Positions 1 through 12,560 of a DNA stretch of 64,000 bases are shown one piece after another; position 1 is the stretch's first letter; the number at the start of each line of letters is the position of its first letter. Source of the DNA: Octopus sinensis (lineage: Eukaryota); assembly GCF_006345805.1 (NCBI RefSeq), contig NC_043008.1:42160001-42224000 (forward strand), in the 5' to 3' direction. A program made the position numbers and the translations under genes. The notes under the pieces were generated by a model. It was given only the letters and a program-made list of their open reading frames with translations. It was not told where the DNA came from and ran no database searches.

Positions 1-163
1 TTAGCTTTGTATGGCCATACTTTTGAAAGAGTGATTATCAAGTAAGTATATTTATGATTTTAAATAGCATCTGAAAAACGTTGTTTCCGAGTTGTCCAAA
101 AACTGCATGAATTTAAAGACGCCGATTGGCTGATTTAATGATTTGTTTTACTTCTATTTTCAG

Positions 164-273
164 GCGTGGGAAGATGACTTTTTGATGTGGGATCCCATAG
201 ATTTTCATAATATCACAGCATTAAGAATACCCTGCTACAAACTTTGGCTCCCTGATATGGTTTTATACAATAA
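164..273 (+). CDS. nAChR alpha-like (alpha9/alpha10-like) subunit, internal 110-bp exon (extracellular domain, loop A)
   Basis: The acceptor is ttctattttcag at 163 and the donor gtgagt at 274. The exon translates as AWEDDFLMWDPIDFHNITALRIPCYKLWLPDMVLYN+AA, which contains the WxDxxLxW and WxPDxxLYN Cys-loop receptor motifs. It ends in phase 2, which matches the exon at 37414 (AA+T = Asn). It is too short for the ORF track. Confidence 0.95.
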
Positions 274-351
274 GTGAGTAAAACATTCAACATATCGAAT
301 TTTCACATATTATCTACCTCCATATATATATATATATATATATATATTAGC

Positions 352-707
352 AATAATAATAAAGAGTAATAATGTTTTTTGAATGGCACAACAATGCACT
401 ATAATAACTGGTGTAATTTAATCATTCATAGTCTGATATAATGTTTAGGAATATAAAAATCCCTTCTTCAGATGTCCCAAGGGATTGATCGAGTCACTGC
501 TACAATCGATTTTCGAAAAACGCCGTTGGAAAATCGATTGTAGCAGTGATTCGATTAATCCCTAGGGATATCTGAAGAAGGAATTTTTACATTCCGAAAT
601 ATTATAACAGACTATGGATGATTAAATTGCAACAGTTATTATAGTCCGTTATTTTATTATAGTGCATTGTTGACATTCAAAACACATCATTACTATATAT
701 TATTATT
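352..707. repeat. Long imperfect inverted repeat (fold-back element, probably Penelope-like) with degenerate hammerhead cores in both arms
   Basis: The arm at 352-514 is the reverse complement of the arm at 529-707 (for example cactgctacaatcgattttc / gaaaatcgattgtagcagtg). The right arm has gatat-CTGAAGA-a-ggaat/attcc-GAAA at 567-608. (TA)n tracts lie on both sides. Confidence 0.85.
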
Positions 708-752
708 CTTTACAAACAATGCACAATGCTTCAAGCGAACTACAATAATCTC

Positions 753-800
<48 letters not shown>

Positions 801-809
801 ATATATATA

Positions 810-845
<36 letters not shown>

Positions 846-1074
846 TGTAGTATGTATGTATGTATGTATGTATGTATGTATGTAGGTAGGTATGTATGTA
901 TGTATGTATAGTGAAATAAATTATAATAAAAGAAGGAAAATGCACACAATCAATGTATATTTTATATGTTTTATGAGACAGAAAATCATCATAGTCCACC
1001 GGTTTCGCCTTTTGTTAATCATGACTGGGAAACTATATTTATTCAAAATTCACACCTTATATATACACACGCAC

Positions 1075-1140
<66 letters not shown>

Positions 1141-1144
<4 letters not shown>

Positions 1145-2282
1145 ATATACATATATACATACATACATATACATGGCGATTGGAAAGTTAATAACTCTTT
1201 ATTATTAACAGCAAATTAATGAAGATGATTATTAACAACAAATTAGTGAAGTTGCTTAATTCGCTATTAATAATAAACATTTAGTAACTTCCCAATCTCC
1301 ATTTCCTTTTCTTCTTTTATATGAATATAAACTATATGTTTCTATATATATGTACCAATTATTTTAGGGAAAATAATCCCCAAAAAAACTCTTGGTATTG
1401 AACCGGTATTTCCTTGGTAGAAACCATCCCTTCACGAGTTTAACCTCTAATAGAATATATATGTATATATATATGGACATATTATGAAAGACATTTCAAA
1501 TTGTTAGAAAAGTTCCGCTAAAATTGCCTTCATTGCATTTTAAACATTTAAATGGAGTTCCTTTACTCCAAACGCATTAGGACGGTATAACAACTACCAT
1601 GAAGTCACTTGGAATGGATCCAGTGTGGTGGTGGTGGTGGTGGGGGGGGCGACCGTGGTGTGTTTTTTTTATGTTGTTGGCGTTGGCTATATTAGTGCTG
1701 GGGATGATGGTGGTGACGGTGGTAGAGTATTTGTTACGTTTTTCCTAACAGAATGAAAGCATAGCAACATCAATTCGTGTTTATGCGATGCACTTTTATT
1801 ACATCGGATGATGTGTGTAAGGAAGTCTCTTCAGGTTCATGAATACATTTCTAGTCCTTCCTGAATGCGTCACCGTCGTAAACAGACAGGTGGGACGTGT
1901 AGAACGTGGGCTGGAATCATGTTACCAAAGATTGTCGTCAATGTTGTATCATCACCAATTTATGGGAAGAATGAAACGGTAAACTGTTCTTGCGAGTTCT
2001 ATCAAAACAATTATTGGATATTATTTCCAATAAAAACAAGACATTCTAAGATCATCATCTTCATCATTATCCTCCTCCTCCTCTTCCTCCTCCTCCTCCT
2101 CCTCATCATCATCATCATCACCATAACCATCAGTATTGCCATCATAATCACCATCATCACATCATCATCATCATCACCATCACCGTCATCATGAAGATCA
2201 TCATCATCATCACCAATATCGTCATCATCATCATCACCATCACCGTCATCATGAAGATCATCATCATCATCATCTTCATCAC

Positions 2283-2316
<34 letters not shown>

Positions 2317-3715
2317 GTCATAACCAAGATTTTACATATGATTATTCCAGACGAACTGAACTTGTTTTACTTTCGAAACACCTTGTAACGGTGGCTGGGT
2401 GGTTAAGAAGTTGGTTTCACGACCACCATGTCTCCGGTTCACTCCCACTTGGTGGCATCTGTGGGGTGTGTTTATTTTTATATCATCGCAGTGGATCAAA
2501 GATGTCTGAAGCAAATTGTGTCTGTTGGGTATGTGTTTGTGTGTGCGTGCGTGTGTATGAGTGAGTGTATGTGCGTGTGTGTGTGTGTTTATATACATAT
2601 ATACATACATACATACATATACATGGCGATTGGAAAGTTAATAACTCTTTATTATTACAGCAAATTAATGAAGATGATTATTAACAACAAATTAGTGAAG
2701 TTGCTTAATTCGCTATTAATAATAAACATTTAGTAACTTCCCAATCTCCATTTCCTTTTCTTCTTTTATATGAATATAAACTATATGTTTCTATATATAT
2801 GTACCAATTATTTTAGGGAAAATAATCCCCAAAAAAAACTCTTGGTATTGAACCGGTATTTCCTTGGTAGAAACCATCCCTTCACGAGTTTAACCTCTAA
2901 TAGAATATATATGTATATATATATGGACATATTATGAAAGACATTTCAAATTGTTAGAAAAGTTCCGCTAAAATTGCCTTCATTGCATTTTAAACATTTA
3001 AATGGAGTTCCTTTACTCCAAACGCATTAGGACGGTATAACAACTACCATGAAGTCACTTGGAATGGATCCAGTGTGGTGGTGGTGGGGGGGGGGGCGAC
3101 CGTGGTGTGTTTTTTTTTATGTTGTTGGCGTTGGCTATATTAGTGCTGGGGATGATGGTGGTGACGGTGGTGGAGTATTTGTTACGTTTTTCCTAACAGA
3201 ATGAAAGCATAGCAACATCAATTCGTGTTTATGCGATGCACTTTTATTACATCGGATGATGTGTGTAAGGAAGTCTCTTCAGGTTCATGAATACATTTCT
3301 AGTCCTTCCTGAATGCGTCACCGTCGTAAACAGACAGGTGGGACGTGTAGAACGTGGGCTGGAATCATGTTACCAAAGATTGTCGTCAATGTTGTATCAT
3401 CACCAATTTATGGGAAGAATGAAACGGTAAACTGTTCTTGCGAGTTCTATCAAAACAATTATTGGATATTATTTCCAATAAAAACAAGACATTCTAAGAT
3501 CATCATCTTCATCATTATCCTCCTCCTCCTCTTCCTCCTCCTCCTCCTCCTCATCATCATCATCATCACCATAACCATCAGTATTGCCATCATAATCACC
3601 ATCATCAACATCATCATCAGCATCAACACATCATCATCATCATCACCAATATCGTCATCATCATCATCACCATCACCGTCATCATGAAGATCATCATCAT
3701 CATCATCTTCATCAC

Positions 3716-3749
<34 letters not shown>

Positions 3750-4007
3750 GTCATAACCAAGATTTTACATATGATTATTCCAGACGAACTGAACTTGTTT
3801 TACTTTCGAAACACCTTGTAACGGTGGCTGGGTGGTTAAGAAGTTGGTTTCACGACCACCATGTCTCCGGTTCACTCCCACTTGGTGGCATCTGTGGGGT
3901 GTGTTTATTTTTATATCATCGCAGTGGATCAAAGATGTCTGAAGCAAATTGTGTCTGTTGGGTATGTGTTTGTGTGTGCGTGCGTGTGTATGAGTGAGTG
4001 TATGTGC

Positions 4008-4020
<13 letters not shown>
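1141..4020 (+). repeat. Near-identical tandem duplication, unit ~1.45 kb (about 1141-2586 and 2587-4020)
   Basis: The unique sequence recurs at an offset of ~1448, with matching ORFs at 1865 and 3313. The breakpoints lie in (GT)n tracts. Confidence 0.95.
1173..1302. repeat. Imperfect inverted repeat with ~47-bp arms (second copy at 2623-2751)
   Basis: atggcgattggaaagttaataactctttattattaacagcaaattaa pairs with ttaattcgctattaataataaacatttagtaacttcccaatctccat. Confidence 0.8.
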
Positions 4021-4039
<19 letters not shown>

Positions 4040-4819
4040 ATACCATTATATCTAAGTATAATACTTACGTATGCTAATCATATGGTTGAAGTATTTATTC
4101 AACCGAAACAGTTATTGAAAATAAATTGGTGAATGAAATTTACAATTATCTAGTGTTTACTGTTGTAAATATCTACACTGATAGACAGATAAACAGACAA
4201 ACAGATAAGTTGATAGCTCTCTCTTTCTTCAACTCCCACTATTTCCCACTCGTTTATCTCCCCTGTACCTTTCTCTTTGTCTCTGATTTTTTTTAATCCT
4301 TCAATCCCCCTGCCCCCTACCCATCTCTCTTCCTTCCACGTGACTGTTGTCCATCCAGCCATGATTTTTCTTTCTTGGTCTGACTGCCAACCGCCAACAC
4401 CTCTTACGTCCGTCTCCTACGTTCCTGCCTTTAGGCCTTCACTTCATACACGCCAGCTCCATTTGATTCGTTCTCAGTCGATTCCTAATTGTGTACCATA
4501 TTCTCCATAGTTTTTGTTTGTTTATTTTTTGTCTTTTTTGCCGTACACATTCTCTAGCTTTCTTACAAAGGGGTATAATGCTCTTAGCTTAGACATTTGG
4601 GGTGGGGTAGGGCAACAAGATCGAACCATCTCAAGTGTAACTGTCCGAAATGGTCGTGACTTCTGGAACTTGACTGAGGAAAGAAAGTTACGACTGTCCC
4701 ATCTTCTTTTGCCTGTCCTTCTAATTGTTTTATCTCTTGTCCGACTTTGTATCATCTATCTGTCCGAATGTTTTAATGTCCTCTATTGCGTTTTTGATTT
4801 TGTTCCATTTATATATATA

Positions 4820-4888
<69 letters not shown>

Positions 4889-5033
4889 GAGAGAGACAGA
4901 GACAGAGAGATAGAGAGAGACAGAGAGAAAGATACATTTATAGACACAGATTAGCAGACAGCAGGCACTAATAAATGTACATGCATACATACATACATAC
5001 ATTCTATAGACATACATAGACAGACAGATAGAA

Positions 5034-5260
<227 letters not shown>

Positions 5261-5574
5261 TAACATGTATCGATAGATCGTTAATCACTAATACCTCACT
5301 AGTTATCGTAATTATCTTAATGTCTTATTTAACGACTTCCAAAATAAATCATCGCTACACGGACAATGTTGATGTTTTGTCAGTGAATGTTACCATAGTA
5401 ACTTTACATGTTTTAATCCAACAGCCACTTGTCATTTCGCATTGTTGTAGTCTTTGCTGTTGTTGTTGTTCTGGTCGATCTTCAATTTCTTTGATGTGTT
5501 TTGTCCATTCTTTCTCCTCCTGCTTTCCTTTTCTCTCTACCATTCCAGTGCTTCACCATTTTTACGTCTCTCTC

Positions 5575-5616
<42 letters not shown>

Positions 5617-6184
5617 ACTGTTCTCTCTTCCGCTATTGTTATCCCACTGCATCGCTTTCTAATTGTACCTCTCTAAATCAACTTCTCCTTCCTCTTCTTC
5701 TGCTACTTCCTCTTTTCTTTTTCTTCTTCTTCTACTTCTTCTTCTCCCCTCACTCTCCTTCTTCCCGCTCTTTCTCTTTCTGAATGAATAATGCTGAGTG
5801 TACTTCACAATCACAGCAACAGCCTCCCCGCCAATCTCCCTACATTCAATAGAAAACACTTAAATCTACTTTACGTTTCTAACCTAACTGAGAGCAAAAA
5901 ATCAAGAATTTCAGAGACATTTCTGCAGAAAGGAAAGTGTTGCAACCGCAAAATTAGTTTATTTCGTTCCGTCGAGATACTTTTCGAGTTCAAAGTTCAC
6001 CCAAGTCGACTTTGCTTTTCACTGTTAGAAATCAATAAAGCATTACATTGCATTAAACAACATCACGTGACCAAAGGCGGTGACCTGGCAGAATTTATAA
6101 CATGGTCAGCAGCATTTCGTCCGTCTACACGTTCCAAGTTCAAATTTCACTCAAATCGGTTTTGTCTTTTGGCGTCAATATAAT

Positions 6185-6371
6185 GGTGTCCGACAATAAA
6201 GTCACAGGAAAAAAGTCACTGTAATAAAGTTACAATTTTGGCTAGGGAAAAAAAGTCACAATTAATTTATGTTGGCTGATAATAAAGTCACGGATATACC
6301 CCTACTCCGGACAAAATCCTTTTGAATTTATTACAGTCACTTTTTTCCTGTGACTTTTTTAATTTGGATTC
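6185..6371. mobile_element. MITE-like non-autonomous DNA transposon nested in a degenerate SINE
   Basis: It has a 31-bp subterminal inverted repeat aaagtcacaggaaaaaagtcactgtaataaa (6198-6228) / tttattacagtcacttttttcctgtgacttt (6327-6357) and repeated AAAGTCAC motifs. The flanking aatataat / aatataac is a candidate target-site duplication. SINE halves lie at ~6070-6184 and ~6372-6425. Confidence 0.75.
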
Positions 6372-6427
6372 AATATAACGACCAGATAAGTATTGGGGTT
6401 AAACGTAAACGATTGCTCCATTCCTGG

Positions 6428-6474
<47 letters not shown>

Positions 6475-7069
6475 AGTGGCCTGAACTCTTTACATGAACA
6501 CCACCCTGTACATAACTCCATGTCCCCCAACATAGCCTTGCTTTTTGCTTTTTGAGCCAAAAATTAACTAACTAACTAACTAACTAACATATATATAAGC
6601 ATTTGGACAAACCGTCATAAAGCCATCGAATCGACAAGATCGTCATGGATGGGATCTATCTAGTCACAATTGTTGTAAAAGTGGAGAAGAAGTTAAACAT
6701 TATTAACTTAAATAACATTTGTTCCTACGCTGAATGTACCTTATGGATCAAAAGACCAAAGCAGCAAATGTCTTAAAATTGCTGGATCCCTAAATTTTTT
6801 TGGCAATCCGTCGTCGGCTAAGATTTATAGTACACTGTTGGGTTTCTAGTTCTGCTATAAAATTCAAAGTGATTCTTCTCTGATCGCTGCTGGCTTTACG
6901 CATAGATTAATATTTAACAGATATTTCGGAAGGCAACTTCACTGCAGGAATTATTATAACTTGTTATGTGTAACCTCGTCCGACTTCCTATTTATTTCTC
7001 TATATGTGTGTCTGAATATCTCTATACAATTGAGTTTGTGTGTGTATCAATCTATACAAACGTACATAT

Positions 7070-7131
<62 letters not shown>

Positions 7132-7345
7132 TATTGTGTCTGTGTGTGTGTATATAAATCTATATTATTAATCTATATTGTTAGTTTCGTCATCATTACT
7201 TCACAATTTTAATTACATATCTTAGTAATCGCATACAACAGTTTCATCTTTCTCTCTCTCACTACTTCGACTACTCTCTCTACTTCCACTACTTGCTGTC
7301 ACTTCCTCCCCTCTCACTTTCTATTTGTCTGTCTTCTATCTTTCA

Positions 7346-7571
7346 TATTTCTTTACTACCCACAAGGGGCTAAACACAGAGAGGACAAACAAGGACAGAC
7401 AAACGGATTAAATCGATTACATCGACCTCAGTGCATAACTGGTACTTATGTAATCGACCCCGAAAGGATGAAAGACAAAGTCGACCTCGGCGGAATTTGA
7501 ACTCAGAACGTAACGGCAGACGAAATACCACTTAGCATTTCGCCACTTAGCATTCTGCCAGCTCGCCGCCT
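7346..7571 (-). mobile_element. SINE family A copy
   Basis: It is the reverse complement of the element at 25934 (aggcggcgagctggcagaa...gagttcaaattccgccgaggtcgactttg) and has a B-box-like GTTCAAATT. Confidence 0.85.
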
Positions 7572-7971
7572 GCGTGTGTTTGTTTGTGTGTGTATGCGTG
7601 TATCCGTGGGTGTATGTAATGTGTGTGTGTGTGTGTGTGCGCGCGCGCGTGTGTGTCCAGGTAGAAAGATACTTCATGAAGGTGCCGCGTGCTGAGATCG
7701 AACGCGGAAACAAGTGCTTGCGATGCAAACTTCTTGACGGTGCAGCTATGCGTTCGCCCATTTTAGGTAATTTGATGAGGAATGATCTACTTAATACAAC
7801 TTCAATAACAATAATCGATTATAGATGCACCCAATACCAGTCACCACTCTCTGAGCCTTCCATGCTCTCTCTCCTTCTCTCCTCTTCTCCTTCTCTCCTC
7901 TCTTTCTCTCTACCCTTGTCTTTCTCTCTTCTCTCTCTCCCCTTCTCTCTTTCTCTCTAGCCTTGTGTTTC

Positions 7972-8007
<36 letters not shown>

Positions 8008-8720
8008 CACACACACCAACGTCTTTCATAAAGGTACATTAGTACATTATATCGAAAATTCTATTCTTTATGTATCTTCTTGATCATTCTCTACAATTCC
8101 TATTTATTCTATCAACCTAAGCACTTAAAGAAGATTGCATGCAATGTGTCTGTATTGTCTTTACATTCTTCTTTCCGTTCTTACCATTCCTACAACTAAC
8201 CACGTCTCACCTACACTCTTCTTTACATCTCCAACTTTCTTCGCGGTTTCTTTGTACATTTTTTGTTTTCTTTTCTACCGTTTCCCCTCTTCATTGTTTT
8301 TTTGCGTCGACGCCACACTCCCGATCAGCCTGATTCATCGTAATATACACAGAATAGCCTACAATACAGCTTACGTAAAACCTAAAATGATTAATTATAT
8401 TCGCTTATATGTATTTATACAAATGAAGATGCACCAACAGAGAATGCTTATCAGACAATCTTGACAACAGCTATTCTTTGTTTTGACATTCAACTGTGTT
8501 ACGACTAACGGTGAAATGGGTTTCAGCATACTTCATGTAATAATTCACGGAATTATAATTAATTATATCATACTGTTACTGAGGAGGTATCTTCTTAATC
8601 AGTAATTTAGATTTTTTTAAAGGAGTATGGGAGACAACCGAGGACATTACATGAATCGCAGAGAACTGACAGAGTAAGTAGCAACATGTCTGATATTTGT
8701 ATTAACTATCTTAATAAGAT

Positions 8721-8793
8721 GTGGCGGCACATGGCCTAGTATTTATAGCAGCGGACTCTCGGTCGAGGGATCGCGGGTTCGAATCTCAGACCC
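8721..8793 (+). mobile_element. tRNA-derived SINE head fragment
   Basis: It has an A-box-like tggcctagt...tagcagc and a B-box ggttcgaatc. There is no complete cloverleaf. Confidence 0.6.
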
Positions 8794-8937
8794 ATCAAAT
8801 TTCAAGCATTATACCTTAAGTAGAAAGGGGTAATTGATAAACATTTCTGATTGATTGATAAAAGAATTAATCAATCAATGGATTTCTCAATTGGTTCAAT
8901 GTTAACGAATGAACTAATAAATGTAAACGAAGTGAAA

Positions 8938-9390
8938 GGCGCCGGTGCGGCTGTGTCTTGAGAAGCTTGCTTCCAAAAGCCACATGGTTCTAGGTTCAGT
9001 CCCACTGTGTGGCACCTTTGGCAAGTGTCTTCTACTATATCTACGGGCCGACCGTAGCCTTGGGAGTGGATTTGGTAAACGGAAACTAAAAGAAGACCGT
9101 GTCGTGTGTATGTGTCTGCATGTGTGTGCGCGCGAGTGCGTGAACGTGCGTGCTTGTGTGCCAAAGTCTGTGTGTTTCGTTTTGTCTTTGTTCCCCACCA
9201 ACGCTTGACAACCGATGTTGGCTTGCTTACGCCCCCCGTAATTTAACGGATCGTCGTAAAGATAGATAGAATAAGTACCGAGTTTTTAAAAGTTACTGGG
9301 CTCTATTCATTCAACTAAAAATAAAAACAACTTCAAGGCGGTGCTCCAGCGTGGTTGCAGTCTAATATCGAAACGAATACATCAAATATA
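8938..9390 (+). mobile_element. SINE family B copy, near full length
   Basis: The sequence ggctgtgt...ccacatggttctaggttcagtcccactgtgtggcacctttggcaagtgtcttctactata...tttggtaaacggaaact recurs at ~2385, ~3818, 16380-16585(-), 28380-28470(-), 32535-32680(-) and 58030-58180(+). Confidence 0.8.
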
Positions 9391-9995
9391 AAAGAACTGA
9401 AATAAAACCAGTGCATGTGTTTATTATTAGCATAGTGATCCTCCCGAGAGACAACAAACTCTCTTTCAAAGCATGTTTTTAAAATACATTGTGAACCAAA
9501 TGCAAAAACGAAAATAGAATGAGGATGGTAGGGAATTCTGGAGGAATATTTCTGTTGTATTCACGTGTCCTGATATTATTGAAATCAACATTATCAAATG
9601 AATTCAAACCTTTACACTTATTTACGGTTTGTTAAGTGCATTGGCTTCCGTTTCTAGATCTCAGAACATATTTTAATGAGCAGTCATTAAGACCGGTCAC
9701 TAATTCATGGTGCATTTAATTAAACGTCATATAATTTATAGTAATAAACACGAGGGAGAAGGGAAAGGAATATGAATATAATCAATTTGACAGGTGACTG
9801 ACCGTTGAGACATTTATGAAGGTTATGAGAGTTTAACTACGACGAATATGACATATACGTTTATTTAGCAGCTTGTTACATATCATTCAATGTGGATATG
9901 GCTTTGGTTGCGTGGTTAACGGGTTCATTTGGCTACAACACTGGATCTCATAGCCTCACATCTCCATTACATGCTCTCTAGTATAACCTTCGGCT

Positions 9996-10031
<36 letters not shown>

Positions 10032-10123
10032 CCATTATACATTGTAAGTGGAATTTAGTACTCGTCATATATATGTGTGTGTATGTATACATGTATATAT
10101 GCATATATGTATAGGTGTATATA

Positions 10124-10339
10124 TACTTTTCTAATCTAGGCACAAGGCCCGATATTTTGGGGGAGGGGGCCAGTCGATTAGATCGACTCCAGTACGCAGC
10201 TGGTACTTAATTTATCGACCCCGAAAGAGTGAAAGGCAAAGTCGACCTCGGCAGTATTTGAACTCAGAACGTAAAGGCAAATGAAATACCTCTAAGCATT
10301 TCACTCGGCGTGCTAACGATTCTGCCAGCTCACCGCCTT
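10124..10339 (-). mobile_element. SINE family A copy
   Basis: It contains the shared core tttatcgaccccgaaag...aaggcaaagtcgacctcggc...tttgaactcagaacgtaa. Confidence 0.85.
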
Positions 10340-10344
10340 ATATA

Positions 10345-10562
10345 TATAGTTAGTTCAAACAAGAAAGCACAAAAAAAAAAAACAACAACGCGAGGACGTG
10401 GAACAAATATAGTATTATTGGACGCTCAGGAAAGAAGGGAAGAAAGAAGGTTTAACGTTTCGAACGGAGCTCTTCGTCAGAAACATAGGAGAAGGAAAGA
10501 TCCAGAGAAGGGAAGACAGAGGAAAAAAATCGTCAACGGTACACACGAGGTCACATTTTGAA
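10345..10562 (-). mobile_element. Short Penelope-like terminal-repeat element carrying a minimal hammerhead
   Basis: It is homologous to 56238-56420(+), sharing gagcgtc...aatac...ccacgtcctc-cgttgttg. It is bounded by (TA)n and has a hammerhead at 10450-10484. Confidence 0.7.
10450..10484 (-). ncRNA. Minimal type I hammerhead ribozyme motif
   Basis: The minus strand reads gttt-CTGACGA-a-gagc(tcc)gttc-GAAAC-GTT-aaac. Stem I is gttt/aaac, stem II is 4 bp, and stem III is the palindrome ACGT. Confidence 0.7.
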
Positions 10563-10786
10563 ATATATATATATATATATATATAATATATATGTGTGTG
10601 TGTGCGTGTGTAGATATGGATATAGATATAGATATAGATATGTACAGTCAGATGATGGCTTAGCGTGTTGACATTTCGAAGTCACTATCAGTACTATTCG
10701 TGTTAAGATATAATAATTTCATATTCTACCAAAAGTAGTGAGTAATTCTTTAATTTAATATAAAATTGTTTTTTTATTATGGCATA

Positions 10787-10821
<35 letters not shown>

Positions 10822-12244
10822 CGAGAGTGAGAAACAGAGAGACAGACAGAGAATAATAAAACAGGAAAAATACTTCACACGTTCTTAGTCAATGTTATTT
10901 GTTTGATAGAGAAGAAAGAATGAAAAGAGTAAAGACTGTTACCTTTCGGATATAGTCCTTTCTCAAATAGCAGAGAATAGTCCAGCGAACCGGGGAAGTG
11001 AAGGAAAGAGAAGAAAGGTGGTAAAAGAAGAGATAAGAGAAAGATACACCGAGAATCAAAGATTTGTGTGTATGTGTGTGCGTGTGTGTATCAGTTGGTA
11101 AAGAGGAGCATCGCGAAAATACAGAATGCGCCGCCGTGTCAAGGAATCTATCCGACAACATTTTAGTCCCACAATTTTCTTTAACATTTGAATTCCTCCC
11201 CATTTAAACGTAGTTCTGCACTTTAACCCCGCAGCCATTGTATCTCTCTACTTGAAAGTTTATACATTAGCGTGTTCTGTACACGCTCTTATGATTATAC
11301 TGTATGTAGTATTCGGCGGTAAGACAGAAAAAATATTATCGGTGACTGTTGTAACAAGGGAATTTTACACTTTGGAAAACCTAATTTGCAATTATTAGCT
11401 GAACTTTGTAAACTACTTTGAATGAACTTTTTAAAACTGTAGTCGCATCAGTCACTGAATATAGAGATTGTGGTCAGATAAGGTTGAGGTTTTGTCAGAC
11501 ATGAACTTGGCAAATAATTTTGTTCTAAATCAGGTTTCCAGAGAAGATAAACAACATAAGAACTACTTTAGAAAGATTATATAAAAATTATTTGTGAGAA
11601 CAAAACCGTTTGGACAAAATCAATGAAAAAGAACTTCTTGACTGCAAACTTCGTTCAAGTTAGAATCAAAGTTTCTATTCTGTTTTGCTTTGTATTTCCA
11701 TTTTGTGAAGATAAAACGTGAATTCTAAACGAAGACATTTGAAATGCATGTGGAATAGATTTGACACAGCGAGGCCAGTAGAAACCAACGCTGAAAGATA
11801 AATACAAAGCCATTTCTGTATGAAACGTGCAAAAGTTTAAAGAATTGAGTGAATTTATTTAAAAAATGGATTTCCACTTCCATTCAGTGAAACATTTTAA
11901 AGTTAAGATTCTGAAAACGATGTTCTCCTAGTTGGAAACTGCGTTATTGTCTCGTTGCAAAAATCCAACAATACGAATAACGCTGAGGTATTCTAACATT
12001 TTTACAAAGACACCCATTTATATAAATGGAATTTTGTATTTATTTACTGAATTCACACACAGTATATTACTGGAATGCCATTTTAGTAACCCCACGAGAG
12101 TTGAGAAGCAAAGTCGGATGAGGTGAGATTAGAGTCAGATCTTAAAGAAAGAAAAAAAAAACTGAATGCTGCGAAAAGCTTAGTCAAGTACTCCACAAAC
12201 GCCACTACATCTACCAAATTTTTAATATATATAAATCAATAAAA

Positions 12245-12276
<32 letters not shown>

Positions 12277-12297
12277 TATTATTATTATTATTATTAT

Positions 12298-12361
<64 letters not shown>

Positions 12362-12450
12362 TTCCTTCTTTCTTCTCGCCAAGTGTTTTCCATACACCTA
12401 GGGCAGAGAAGCTGTGTATGCATTCCCAGTTTACACACGTAAATTCACAG

Positions 12451-12484
<34 letters not shown>

Positions 12485-12491
12485 CATCATC

Positions 12492-12560
<69 letters not shown>

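Noticed and set aside
7661-7766. Possible cassette exon (ccag|GTAGAAAG...TTTTAG|gtaatt) in the large intron
   Set aside because: At 106 bp it would shift the frame, it has no polypyrimidine tract or receptor similarity, and the flanking exons already join without a gap.
8721-8793. tRNA gene
   Set aside because: It has A- and B-box-like motifs but no complete acceptor stem or cloverleaf, so it is better explained as a SINE head.
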